Of a stretch of 47,255 nucleotides of DNA, positions 22,377 through 35,216 are shown piece by piece. The position numbers were made by a program, and so were the translations under genes. Under the pieces are notes generated by a model that made no database searches, had not been told where the DNA came from, and saw only the letters and a list, made by a program, of their open reading frames with translations. This stretch comes from Perkinsus olseni. Lineage: Eukaryota. Positions within the stretch are counted from its first letter, which is position 1; every line of letters begins with the position of its first letter. The DNA lies in contig JABANN010000252.1 in the NCBI GenBank assembly GCA_013115125.1, positions 1 through 47,255 on the forward strand, read 5' to 3'.

Positions 22377-25278
22377 ATGCCAATCGTCGCATCACAAACA
22401 TCATCACTTCGGCTTCGTCCTCATGAAGGCGATCTCGGCTCGGTGCCCGACGATGACGATGATTTTTGCCTCCCGTCCAACGCCCCATCGGGTGGTGTCC
22501 TCGAGTCATTCAAGAGCTGTCGGTCAGTAGAGTCCAACCACGATGAGATGCTCAGCAAATGGGCTGATGCAACTAACTGGGGCATATCAATGACGGAGAA
22601 GGTAGGTTGAACTCAGCAGCAGGGTGGCGCTATCGATGTCTGAGAAGGAATGGTCACTTCCGCTGGTTAGGAGGAATCCTAGGTCCGCCTTGCGAGAAGT
22701 GCATTACCAAATATTTCATAGTTTTCGGGAGAGGTGAGGGGTGCGCTGAACGTGCATGAAGATTCCTAGCTCGTTCAAAATCCCGAAGTGGAGCTATTGG
22801 GTTTCTTCAGGCCGTGGCTCGGCACGATACGCTGGCCAAGTTTACGAAGAAGACCTCACATGGCAGCAGCAGCAGCAGCAGTAGCGGCAGTTGGTTACCC
22901 CATAGACGACGTCACCACAAGGATGATATGGAGATGAAGGAGACCAAGGACGCTGTCGCCATGCAGGTGGACAATGCTGACCCAGACTGCTCTATGAGCG
23001 TCGATTGTGAATTTCATGGAGGTGAGTGCAGCATCAGGCATCCTATGGTTGACGAATCAACTTAGGCTTACTCAAGGGTCAGATAGTTATCGAAGGCATG
23101 AACGTACCGTATCTTTTCCAAGTAGCAGCAAGCTGGGAAATGGACATGGCTCCTTGTAGTGGCTCCCGTCCACCATCACTGCTGCTGACTACCTCCCTTC
23201 AGTGTGGTTTCCCATGTTGGAGAGCGTCGACAAAATAGCCGACTTCCACGTCAACGATGCTTCGGCCGCATTGCCGACGACGCCCATCAATCGGGATAAG
23301 GAGATGGGGTGCTTTTCTGATGTAAATGACTCCCAGGCCTATCATTAGGATCGCTTCTGAGCTCCCCCTTTGTGCAGTCACCGTGTTCATGTCCGACATC
23401 CAGCAGCACCCGCGGCAGCTCGGGTGATGAATCCTCGTTGCTGCTGAGCCATCCAGCCCCGAGTCACCCTGTTATACTGGACGAGATGATGACCCATTTA
23501 TTCGCAGTACCACCGGTACCAGCCATCAAGGGGGTCGACTCCTATTCTCATCGGTAGTAGAAAAGGCTGCAGGACTGCTGGCAGTCGAAGACCATCGGCC
23601 GACCATCATCATGGCCGTGACGAGAGAGAAGTGGCGCGCTGTTATCTATCAGGACCCTTTATTCATGGTCGCCGAAGTGCTCACCTACCCCGGGGTCGTT
23701 AATGATAGACTACTCCCCACCCTTGGATGCCAAGACCTGGAAAGGTGTCAAGCTCGATGCTCCCGGAAGACGGGTACTACCATCACCTCACAGACTTTAG
23801 AGGACTGAACTATTCTTCTATGGGGGAGTCGCGTTGTGGTAGGTATTCCGTACGGAGCAGAAGGCAACGGCCGTTTACGTGAGGCCATCTTTGAAGGACC
23901 CCGAGCGACGCAGTGATGTGTAAGATACCACGGCTGATTGGCGGAAGGGGCGGACCATCCAGTGAAAGGAGTTTTCAAAATTTGAATTGTGACCAGTACT
24001 AGGAAATAAAGTCTAACCTCAGACAAGTAGAAAATTCGACAAAATTCAGTAAAAAAGTCTGAAAAAACCTGTTAAGGCCGTCTTTGATTGTAATGTCATT
24101 AACCACGTCTCAGTATCGATCGTAATTCATGTGTCGGTGCTATCATAGGGGGAGTAGTATAATGCCAGAATCACAACCCAATCACTGAATCCGTATGCTG
24201 TATCAGTTGCGTTTGGTGTGGTATCAGTAAGAGGTATCAGTAATCATCCATATGGTTGTTCTCTGGCAACCTTCTGCCCACCCAAGCAACATCCGTTCCC
24301 TACGGCGTCTCCGTTATGGGACCTCCCCCCATCCGGCCTCAATGCATGCCATGTGTTGAACTCCTCAGGTTTGTCACCGTCCTCGCGGACCCTGGGGTCC
24401 CCACATGGCTGGTCCCCAACTCCCTCGTCAAATGGATACTCCGTCTGGGAGCGAGGGGTTTCGTGGATAAGGTTATGTCTGTGATGAGTGGTTGCACAAC
24501 CGATCCGACGTAGTAGCGGGAGGGGTGGACGCGGACGCTGTAGCGAGGAATCTTGGGGCCTCTCTGAAATGACTCCTTTCAGATGAGTCTAGTGTAGTTG
24601 GATCGGGCTTTTCCGATCAGGCTTTGAGAAATGCCCATGGTTTTTCTGATGGTTTGGTTCATACTCGTGCTCGCAAACGAATACCATGGTGCAGACACGA
24701 CTCGATATTTTTTTAAGTCAATGAGCTCGGGGAGCTCGCGGCCATGTCTTGCCTTGACCGTCGTGGTCGTGTGATGTTCTTACGGTCAGGCATCGGTATG
24801 CAGTGCGGATAGCGGAGAGGTATGAGGAGCTGTACTGGAAGTACGCCTTTTATGGTTTTAACCCGCCGGAGGCAGCTGTGCCGAGGAGGATACGGGAGGA
24901 GATCTTTTTGCAGCGGCAACTCAAAAGAAGTGAATCTTATATTCTGTCTTTGACGATAGTCGACCTATTCTCTTGCCAGGCGAACTCCGCGGCAAAGTGT
25001 CGCAAAAGACCGCTTGCACTCCCGAGCAAGCGGCGGCTATCAGAGACCAGCCGAAAACGGCAGCATCGCGATCCAAGCCACCTGTCCATCCCGCTGGGGG
25101 ACAGAAGGAGTTGCATCACCCGGAGGGCTCAATTGAGCTCAGATCTCGGAAAGATACCGCTCAAAATTCATCCCGAGATGCAATCGAGTTGCGCCATTTG
25201 TTGAAGGCAGTTTTTGCTATTATAGTCGTACTTTTCGTCGGCTCATCGGTGGCATCTCTCCCCTTCCTTCGTAAATAG
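22377..25278 (+). CDS. START/SRPBCC-like domain protein with C-terminal transmembrane anchor, multi-exon
   Basis: Exon FVTVLADPGVPTWLVPNSLVKWILR resembles the DPGG-x-IPxWLVN C-terminal helix motif of START domains. The last exon has the hydrophobic LLKAVFAIIVVLFVGSSV before LRK*. Internal exons are only partly resolved. Confidence 0.5.
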
Positions 25279-25745
25279 TAAGTGTAGTTTTGTCATATTC
25301 GGACGCGGACCCTTATGTTCAAGGAAAGCTCCGGAAAACCTCATCGTTTTGTAGCCATTGTACTGTAGCCAGGTTACTGCCAGCACCCTCAACTTCTAGT
25401 ACTGATACTACTCATATTTTGCCCGATTCGCTAAGCCCATTTCATTATCGAAAACTCATTTCTCATCCAGTCCTCGAGGAAGCGCCTCTGATGAGGTTGG
25501 ATTTTGGAAGACCATTTTCAGTACACAGCCGCACAAGCAGGCGCTCTCTTCTCTTCGGGCCTGCAGTGTCTTGTTAGTAGCCATCTTCTGTACCCTGATT
25601 GCTCGCCTGTGTATCATCCAAGCTTGCCTTCTCCTTCATTCTCAACCTCGTATGATTGTTTCCTAGGCTCTGTGGGCTGCGCATGGGTCGTGTTTAATAG
25701 GAGTCCATTTACGTGCCGATGACCTTGGCTGATCAAGCACTACAA

Positions 25746-26515
25746 GGGTGTGGTTACACGGGCCAGTCAAGTGTAGTGGTGTCACCACCATGCTATGGAG
25801 TACCTTAGGGTGTGGTTACAGGGGCCAGTCAAGTGTAGGTGTGTCACCACCATGCTATGGAGCTCTTTAGGGTGTGGTTACAGGGGCCAGTCAAGTGTAG
25901 GTGTGTCACCACCATGCTATGGAGTTCTTAAGGGTGTGGTTACAGGGGCCAGTGGTTACACGGGCCAGTCAAGTGTAGGTGTGTCACCACCATGCTATGG
26001 AGTTCTTTAGGGTGTGGTTACAGGGGCCAGTGGTTACACGGGCCAGCCAAGTGTAGTGGTGTCACCGCCATGCTATGGAGTACTACTAGGGTGTGGTTAC
26101 ACGGGCCAGTCAAGTGTAGGTGTGTCACCACCATGCTATGGAGTACTTTAGGGTGTGGTTACACGGGCCAGTCAAGTGTAGGTGTGTCACCACCATGCTA
26201 TGGAGTTCTTTAGGGTGTGGTTACAGGGNNNNNNNNNNNNNNNNNNNNNNNNNNNNNNNNNNNNNNNNNNNNNNNNNNNNNNNNNNNNNNNNNNNNNNNN
26301 NNNNNNNNNNNNNNNNNNNNNNNNNNNGGCCAGTGGTTACACGGGCCAGCCAAGTGTAGTGGCGTCACCGCCATGCTATGGAGTACTACTAGGGTGTGGT
26401 TACACGGGCCAGTCAAGTGTAGTTGTGTCACCACCATGCTATGGAGTACTACTAGGGTGCGGTTACACGGGCCAGTCGAGTGCAATGGTGTCACCACCAT
26501 GCTATGGCGTACTAC
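25746..26515 (+). repeat. ~62-bp minisatellite array (about 11 visible units) interrupted by an assembly gap
   Basis: Unit gggtgtggttacacgggccagtcaagtgtaggtgtgtcaccaccatgctatggagtacttta repeats head-to-tail. Some units carry an internal duplication of gtggttaca(c/g)gggcca. Confidence 0.97.
26229..26327. other. Assembly gap (N run)
   Basis: Run of n characters inside the minisatellite. Confidence 1.
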
Positions 26516-26898
26516 CTTTTATGACTGTGCCTTCCAGCAGGGACTCCTTCTTCCCTTCACATGCCCGCTACACCTTACGCTTCATCGCCCAGTCCCCGAC
26601 GGCGATATTCCCCTCCTCGGAAGCACCATCAGCATCGGCACCCAATGACTGGCAGTTCAATGCAGTCTGCATCCCTCGTGCGGCAGTCGATGAGCACCCC
26701 AAGGCCCTCCCCAGTTAACTCTACTCCCGCAGCGGCAGGAAGGTGACGCGGCGTGTCACCGTGCCCCCGCCGTAACTTCTGTTTCAACTAAGCTTGGTCG
26801 GTAGCGAACATCACAGTGATTGCTGTCAGGTACCATCAACTGCCCCCCAAGCGAGTCCAGGCCGGGAGCCTCGTGTCATCTGATCGTCAAATCAATAG

Positions 26899-27792
26899 CG
26901 TTATCATCCTCATACATTATGATGAGGATATCCCCGATAGTAGAACGTACTTGGAGTACGACTCCCTCTCGAGCGCTATGGACGGTAGGCTATCCCACTC
27001 GCCGTTAGATGGACTCCTGAATGTTCCGGCCACGACACTGGTGGCGTTACCCGTATAGTTTCGGATCGAAAACGTTGGCGGCCCATTCGACGAGATTTTT
27101 CGTATTGGACACGCTTCAACCTGGGATTCCAGCGGCATGTAGTAGCCTGGCAGGTATCTGCCGCTTGTATGAGTCGGCGCTGAGCGATGCATTAGCCCCG
27201 AGAGGCGAGAGGGAGGACGTGTCCCCGTCAGTAGAGGGCGAGAGGAAGAGGCAGCGGAGTGTCAACTACAGTGCACAGGACTTGTTCAAGTAGGTTCGGT
27301 CCAGCCATTCATCACGCTCCGCAAGCCTCGACGCACCACTCCCGACGATCAGTGGCGCCACTATATTTCTATAGGCGGCAAGGGTTGCCAGAGTCCGATA
27401 GTTTCAGCGCTTGTGAGGCCTGACGTGATTTTAGCGCTGCAGGGCACTTCGAAGTTTGTACGCTTTACTCAGTGGTACAAAGAATAATAGGACTGTGTAG
27501 CACGGCTTAGCTCAGCACTGGTAGCGTGCGGAACAGTGATGCCTGATAGGCATTGCCTGTGCTACTTCATGTTCGCTGTAGTTACATCGACAGCATGGCT
27601 GCAATGAAGGCTTTCATCTCGCACAAGGCAACGGAGAATGGTCGAGTGTCGAGGAAGGCAACGAGCACTGACCTCGGAGGCATGCTAGCTCCGCGAGATA
27701 TCAAGTGGATCAAGGAGAATCTTATTAAGCATCTTCGGAGTCAATTAGACGCTCCATCAATGCCGCCCTCTACATCCACTACTGCCCAATAA
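26899..27792 (+). CDS. ERH: Enhancer of rudimentary homolog (ERH)-like protein; 5' exon(s) unresolved
   Basis: Exons 26899-26984, 27154-27289 and 27582-27792 give VIILIHY...SRTYLEYDSLSSAMDG|ICRLYE...VNYSAQDLFN|YIDSM...PRDIKWIKENLIKHLRSQ. This matches the ERH pattern TILL...[21 protein letters not shown]...ITYDISQLFDFID...PYNKDWIKEKI. Confidence 0.85.
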
Positions 27793-28499
27793 CATGAGAT
27801 AATGTCTCAAAGGAACCCCGTGTTTTTGCGTTTGAATAGTGTCCGCTAAGGCAAGCAGTGGAAGGCGACAATTCGACCGAGTAGTTTCTGATCCTCGTGG
27901 GGGTCTACCGAGAGGGGTGTCCTTCACTAGGAGTATCATACTTCCGAGCCGCGTAGGATCAGTACGCGATTCTAAACGCGTATCTGGTTATACTCAGACG
28001 GTTCGCTTGAAAGGCTTACTACGAGCATTTCAACAGCAGCATGTGTCAATCACTCTGCAGTGCCGAGGAAGGCCCACTTTTCCAACGTTCACCGGCACAC
28101 GGTGAACCGTTCGCTTCGCTCAACCAGAATGGTGGTCCAATCCTCTGCGTTCGAGGCATGCCTGGCTGTGAGCTGCATCGAACCTTGTCTACATTCTTGC
28201 ACCTAACGAGCTTTCTGATCCTGGAAGGGCCGAGGCGCCGTGCATTGAAGATTCCGCGTTTTCGGGTATGAACTTGCAGATGCTCAACCGTGGCCGATAC
28301 GGTCGGGAAACAAATTCGTATAAGACGAATTATGAGTGATGGTGACATAAACATGAGTTTGCTAGAGTGTCTAATCAGAGCTCTTGCCGATGACGTGCGC
28401 AAGCAAACCCAACCAACGTTGACGTAGAATGGTACTGGTGAAGGTAATGGGTTTGGCACTCGCCTTCGTAACTAAGTCCAGCCCTGTGTCACAGTCTTG

Positions 28500-29800
28500 C
28501 CCGAATTTTATCTAAAAATCATAGAATAAACAGACTGTGGGATGTCCGTGTATGGGAGGAGAGGGGAGCATTCCCGACGACAGTGCCGAATAAGTGCCCC
28601 CGGACAGCGGCGTTGATCACTTCAACCAGCTCGGTCAAGTCCACTTCGCCGAGCAAGTCGAACAGGTTCTTAACTGGATGAGAAGGTATCTGGAGCCTCC
28701 AGAGTGGCCCGACTGCACAATGAGCTTCACCCTCGCCCTACTGTGATATCAGCTTCACCCTCGAGCGTGCTTGTCTGGCTGTGCAAGTGCCTTCTCATCG
28801 ACGCCAACATCCACGTCTCTTCCAGTGGCCACGACAGCAAACTCTCTAGAATAGGGACAACAGGGGGAATGGCTAGTTGCATGCATCGGCGAAGTAAAAC
28901 GCCGAAGACTGAGCTCACCTCTGACGAGCCTTAGTTGGCCTACCTTTCCCGTTGAGGAGAGAGCGCAAACCTGCAGGAGCTCTTGGCGATAATCAACCTA
29001 AAGGAGGCCTCTAGTATCAGCGGAGCGAAGCATGGATCGTGCCATATTGACGTACATCTGGACACAACTCTCCCCCACTAGGTGTCAGGGTTATGAGCTT
29101 CACGTGGTCTTGAGGTTTGAGATGTAGGCAGCGGGCCGCCGATCGACGAAGGGAGTCCTCGGTCAGGATCGCGAATCGATGAGAGCATCCTTCTTGGATG
29201 AATCGGGCAACCTGGCCTACTGAAGTGCGGCAGCATGCTCGAATGCAAAAAAAGATCGTTGGGAACGTGAGCACCGCTTCTGCCAAGTACCGAAATATGA
29301 GAGCATAGAAATGATGGCTCGCTTTCATACGTCGTGCTAATCGTCCACCACGAAGTCCTACCTCAGGTGCTGAGGTATCGTCATGAAATAGCAGCAACTT
29401 CACATCATCGTCGGCAGGGAGGGCTCCGATATCTGACGTATCTAGGTGGGGCGTTCGCGATGCGGACTCTGTTGGGTTCGCAAAAGAGAGATGAATGGAT
29501 ACTCCCTTCCATGTCTGGCTGGAGACGTGCTACTCCTCTGGTGACTCCGACGATCGCCATGAGCTGTGGGGCTCGGTGGAAGACCATAACACCGGAAACG
29601 GACGTGAAGGGGTGTAGGCATCTGAACCATAAGGTCAGTGGGGCAAGATCCCTTCCAACGGGTTTGTATGTGGCGGACCTGCTGTACTCCATCCCCTCGG
29701 CCGCCGGCAGAATCCTAGGACCGTCCATGATGAGTATACCACGGCGGCTTGTTACAGCCACCGTGACAGGGGCTGCAGCAGTGGTATCTACAGGGAACAA
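28500..29800 (-). pseudogene. Hypothetical coding remnants (adjacent ORFs in shifted frames)
   Basis: ORFs 29405-29800 and 29017-29403 abut in different frames. No family recognised. Confidence 0.25.
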
Positions 29801-29861
29801 CAGTCTACTGTGAGCGACTGCAGGAACCGCAGGAATGCAGACTGATACTTCGTTTTACTCA

Positions 29862-31503
29862 TTACACGACGACGACTGCGGCTTCTCTTGAGGATGGGAC
29901 GAGTGCCACGATACGGCTATTCAATGTCTCCGAGGACCTTAGCCGCATGAGCTCAGCGTACATACAAATGCCGCTGGGCTTATCATCGAAGGCCCAGTTA
30001 TTATACAACTGATACCCAATCTTGGCGAACTTACTTCTATCGATAATATGAGCCCTCCTCATGCACATAACTTCAGTTGGTTCCTTGAAATACTCAGATA
30101 GCCGACTTTCCAAAACCATGAGTTGGCTGTCTGGCAACCACGGTCCACTAAGAGTGTGCGGTCGACCAGCGGCCCCACCGTTCTCCCTCTCCTCCAGAAC
30201 GAGGCGGGTTACACTCGGCCTCAGTCTGCTGTTGTGGCTCATCATCTCTCTCTGCATCAACTCCATCACTGGATACCTCATGGATCCATAACGGCTCAGC
30301 AAGAATCCCAGAGTGCGGCAAGGCAGCTGGCATCCCTCCAGTCCCTGCACAGACCATGCGTCTCGGAACCACAACAGGCAGTCCCCTGCTGAATGATTCT
30401 AGAGGACATTACGATAAGGCCAGTCAGATGGCCAGTCATGCTGAACGGTTCACGGTGAAAGGATTCCACTCTCAAGACGGCAGCGGAACCCGCTGGGATG
30501 AAGGAGATCTCAAGATCTCAGTCTCTTGCCTCTCGTCCAACGAGAGGCAATTCGACGACTACTCGATACACGATTCGCCCTGCAACGGCGCGGACGGTCA
30601 TTCTCAAACAAGGACAGAAGCGTTCGTCGTAATTAGCTTCAATAGTAACATGCTGAGTGCTTCTAATTTCAATACCGGCGATATTGCGCAGGCGAATCGT
30701 CACTTCCCGAGCCACAGCCTCAACCAAGAATCCTATAATCTTCTGTGATACCAGGCGCGGCAGTAGCCAACCCGTCGTCTTCCCCTGAGAACGCTCCACC
30801 TTGGAGATGTTCGAGACCTGCAGGGGACTTCGTGGGTGGCGATGAATTGATAAGAAACGGTAGAGACACTAAATGTATCCATAACATGATGGAATGACGA
30901 ATAGCATCTAGGACAATATAACTTGACGAGAAGGTCTCTTGCCGAGAGGGTCTGACATCCCTGGTACCTCCCCTATCGTTACCAGTCTCGAGACAGCACG
31001 ATAGACATGTGAATGGTCATCAGCTCCATCGGTGTCATGAATGTCGATGTAGTACTCTAAAAGGTAGGTAATGGCTACTATGAGGCGAAGGCGTGGTTGC
31101 GGTGGTCCTCGGCTGCATTCCACGTCTAAGGCCTGATGACGACGGGTGTACCGCCTACCGAGGGGATGGCGACGTTATTATGCGTAGTGCTACCTCGGTC
31201 AGGAGACGAATAGTATGGACTACGGAAATGGTGGTCTCGTGAAGAATTGATTCGTCAACTGCCAGAGCGATCAGCTTGCATCTGGGCAAGATGTTGTCGA
31301 CCGTATACATGCAAGAGGCAGATTCCCATCTATGGGGTTGCTCACAGTATCTTAGGTTGATCCAGGCTCTCGATAAGAGGCTCGATCGGTAGGGATAGAA
31401 CTGATGCGATGAGAGGGAGGACAGTGAGGCATTGCAAGGTCTCGGAGTATCTTCGATCGGCCTGACAAACCCGAAGCTCCCGCTCGTCCGTCACTATGGT
31501 CAT
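29862..31503 (-). CDS. Hypothetical multi-exon protein
   Basis: Collinear minus-strand ORFs (31342-31545, 30908-31123, 30518-30799, 29862-30374). An AT/pyrimidine-rich acceptor-like tract precedes the ATG at 31503. Confidence 0.4.
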
Positions 31504-33295
31504 ACCAGTAGAATACTGTAGACGGAAGCTAAGTTTGCATAACAATTAAAAGAAATATGATAGAATTATGTAGAAAATATGGTCAACCAAGTCTTTGTGA
31601 CAAAGAAGGTGAAGAGACCAGCAGCTTCCGTTATGCAGTCGTAGCAGCAGTGACCACGCGAGCGAGAGCGACGTGCGGCAGCGTACGATGATCTCAGGAA
31701 GCACTGGGAATCTCAATGTCTGAAGGATCTCCGAGATCGAGCCTTGATAGGGAAAATGTCGGGGCGTTGTTGACTCGAGAAGTTCCCTGAGAGGTGTACG
31801 TAAGCGTTAACGCCGCTGAATCAGATTGGTGCGGTCTCACCTCATCAGGACGACCCGGCAATCATGGTCTTCCGAACCGTGCGGCCTTGGCGTTCCAGCC
31901 GGATGGCCCTCACCAGTTCGGCTGGGGCGTCCCATCTGATACGAGGGCATCCATAGCGCTCCTCTACTGTCTCACCTTCTCCAGCTCGAGCACACTCTCA
32001 GCTAGCTTCTGTAAGAGAGAGGCCTCCAACTGTCGTACCGTACTCGTCTCCATTTCCTCGAACATTGCAACGATACAGCCTGGGCGAACGAGCCGCTCCA
32101 CCTCCGCCTGAAGCCAGGCAGCACGCCAGCCGCCATTGTCAACTGCCTACCATTAAACTATGTTTCTCTTCAGGACTGCTTTTAAGAATATCGTTTACCA
32201 GCAGATCTCGGGGAGCAAGAGGTGCTGCCTTATCAGTATCAGCTCTGAAAGACCTCGGTCATTGGCTAATTTACTGCCGTGCAGCGATTACCCAGGGCTG
32301 CCGTGTAGAATCGCCGCTAATCCCTTCATAATGGGGAAGCTCACCCTAGTGACTTCGGGTTTAGCCTGGGATGCACCCTCCACCCACCGTCAAGGGTGTC
32401 GCTTACATGAGGTTTTGGAGGTGCGTGTAATGATGGCGTATCGTTGGTGTAGCCGGGTGAGATGAATGGAGCAAGCATATCAGTGTTACAGCGAGAGGAT
32501 GAGGGAACACGGAAGCAAGAGCTTCGAACTCGGTAGGTCTGCTAGTCAAGATTTCATCATTCTCATCCGCTCAGTACAAGACCCCTATGGCTCATCCCCT
32601 GGTGGCCTAGTGCCTGTGTGTGTCAGTTGAAAGTCCACCGCTGTCGCCGGATTAGACTTGATGCCGATGTGCTAGCACCTTACCCATGAGCGCTGTTTCG
32701 AGTTACTCAGTTATTCCGAATGCTGCTGCCACAACGGGCGAAAGGAACTGACCAGAGCATCGCATGATCCTTCGTTCAGTTAGCCCGGGTGCATGATACT
32801 CGCAGGTAGACTGTATCGGGCGAGAACTCGCGGAGAGACTCGCTTCATTCGAGAATTTGCTTTTCATATCTACTCCTCAATTTTTCACTTCATTTCTGTC
32901 TGTGTACTTTGACTAAGACAAGCCACCATTCCCACCCAGTTCGTGACGACACTCAACCAACCGTGTATCAGAAATGCTTTTCGTATTCCTATCATCACGA
33001 TAGACATTGTGCTGAGGCGGCAGCGGCAGCAGCAGCAGCTCGGATAAGCAATGATAAAACAGAGGTAGATTATACAGATTCAAGGAGAGTAAGCAAGCAC
33101 ACTTGATCATCCATCTACAGTCAACATGAAGCTCTCGATAATAAGAAGCACCAACACTGCTCCCCACTATAGGGCCCGTTGGCGGCGCGCGATTTGGTAA
33201 GCATAGTTAACATAGAAGAGACACTAAGATCGTCAGCGACGGGGGCAGACAATGATTCGGTAGTAAAATGTGTATGGTATAAACGGACAAGTCAA

Positions 33296-34923
33296 TTACA
33301 CCTGCCTATCGGCATGACTGAGTAAAGGCTCGTTCGCAGAATCAGTCTTCACATTAACCCTGTGGGGACGAGCGCTGTTGGATATTGACGAGAGCACAGA
33401 GTTGGCAGCAGAGCCATTCATGACGAAAGGCTTTCGCTCTAGAGGAGTACCAGCGGACATCGACATCGACATGGGAGCACGAGTTGGATTAACCTGAAGA
33501 ATCACGACGATAAGAACGATAGACTTTTTTGCGGGAGGCAGACGATATCACCTTCTCAGTTCCCGAGAGGCCGAAGGGCAAGCGTACGATATTGTCATAG
33601 ACAAGTACACCGTAAACCAGTAGGACGAACCCCGCTAGCTGGATGAGGGAATACGGCGTTAATGGCTCACCAAACGCGTGATCCTCGCTCATATAGTACC
33701 TGTGATGATGAGACAAGATGAGAAGGTCTTCACTAAGTACACGACACGGCAACAGAAGAGGCACTCTGCCTCATCTGCATGATACGAAATTCAGTATTGA
33801 TTCTCAAATCTATTTTTACGCGGGAAAATGCGGTCCCAAGATCGATTCGGTATAGCAGAATTGGCTCAGTAAAGACCCTCCAAAATAATGGGGATTGCAC
33901 TGTAAAAGAGACAGTGCCAACAAGTCCTTCCCCAGCACTATGAAAGATGCTTCCCACGATCTTACTCGATACCAAACTTCCACCGAATCTACCCTGTTAT
34001 TACATGATAATAGAACAGACCCAGATAAGGATAGTCCTAGTAGAGTCTAACATGGTTGTATGGATAGCAGAGGCAGAGTTAGTAACGTTAACAGCACAGA
34101 TGTTGTAGGCGAAGGTGTTGAGAGCATAACCGAGGACACCACCGAGGACCATGCTAGAATGGCTCATCATAGCAAAGGCGTCCACAGCGTTCTCGAAGAC
34201 ACCGCCGACGTCCGTGCCTGGCACATGCTGCATGACTGGTAGAACGACACAGGCCATAACAAGAAGGCCCCAGATGCCTTCAATACCCACTAGGGCCAGC
34301 GGTGGTACTGCGCCGCCCTTCAGAAGGAACTCCTCTACGACGTACTGGGAAGCACACACGACTTGACCACCGATGATGAAGCAAATGCCAGTGATAACTT
34401 TACCGACAGAGAAGCTTACGGCTTGGGAGCCTCTCGAGAAGATCGAGGAAGAGCCGACCAAAGTGAGGGCGATGACACAAATCAGTACACCAGCCCAGTG
34501 GTTCCTGTACATCTTCCGTTTCAGGAAGATTACCGACAGTGCTGCAGAGAAGACAATTATGCTTCCCTTAAGCATTTGGAAGACAGAGACTGGGGTGTAG
34601 ACCAGTCCAATAGCTTGGAACGAGGTCCCAACTAAGTCAAAGCAGGCTGGGAAGAATATGGCCAGCCAGGTCTTCCGTGTCGGGTATGAGTAGGGTTTGC
34701 CCGATAACCGTGCTGCTAAAGCAAGGATGTAAAAAACAACAAGTGCCAAGAACATGCCAGAGAACATCATAAGCGACATAAACCAGGGCTTATTGAACAG
34801 ATGGACGCCGTACTGAGGCAGGCCGAGCGCGAAACTCTGGAAGGCCAACTTCTCCGATATAGACTGGCCAGACCCAACAATAAGGCCAAGCCCAAATGCT
34901 AAACCGAGGGTCGATACGGCCAT
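33296..34923 (-). CDS. SLC35F6-like drug/metabolite (DMT, nucleotide-sugar/CRT-like) transporter, 3 exons
   Basis: Multi-TM protein with FNKPWFMSLMMF, PACFDLVGT, SVFQMLKGSIIVF, SQYVVEE, VGIEGIWG and LDSTRTILIW. Intron 34003-33700 joins IIM|YYMSEDHAFGE, and a second short intron joins TEK|VNPTR. Confidence 0.9.
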
Positions 34924-35216
34924 TAGTGCACACTAGGGGAGGGGGCTGCCAAAACTAAGGAGGGTGTGGATGATGATGACTCAGATCTAGCTTCGTAAGC
35001 GTCGCGCGCCACGAAATTCTTATTCTGGCCGTAGTCCGCTAGCATGCCTTAGTTGACTAAAGCTAGAAGTCATAGAGCATGCATAATTCATGGGAGTCCA
35101 GCATGAACTTTGGATACCGTATTGACCGTTCTCCGCCTTCGCCGAGGAGGCCACTCAGGATCCGGAATGGCATCTGTCTGCCAACCTTCGGATTCTGGAC
35201 AGCACTGTTGTTGTCG

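Noticed and set aside
25577-25587. gtagccatctt, a partial match to the Perkinsus spliced leader ACCGTAGCCATCTTGGCTCAAG
   Set aside because: Only 11 nt match, the GGCTCAAG end is missing, and it does not precede a clear start codon.
25746-26515. CRISPR-like array
   Set aside because: Units are contiguous near-identical tandem copies with no unique spacers. There are no cas genes, and the context is eukaryotic.
25795-26718. ORFs running through the minisatellite and N gap
   Set aside because: They are repeat-derived translations, and several cross unknown bases.
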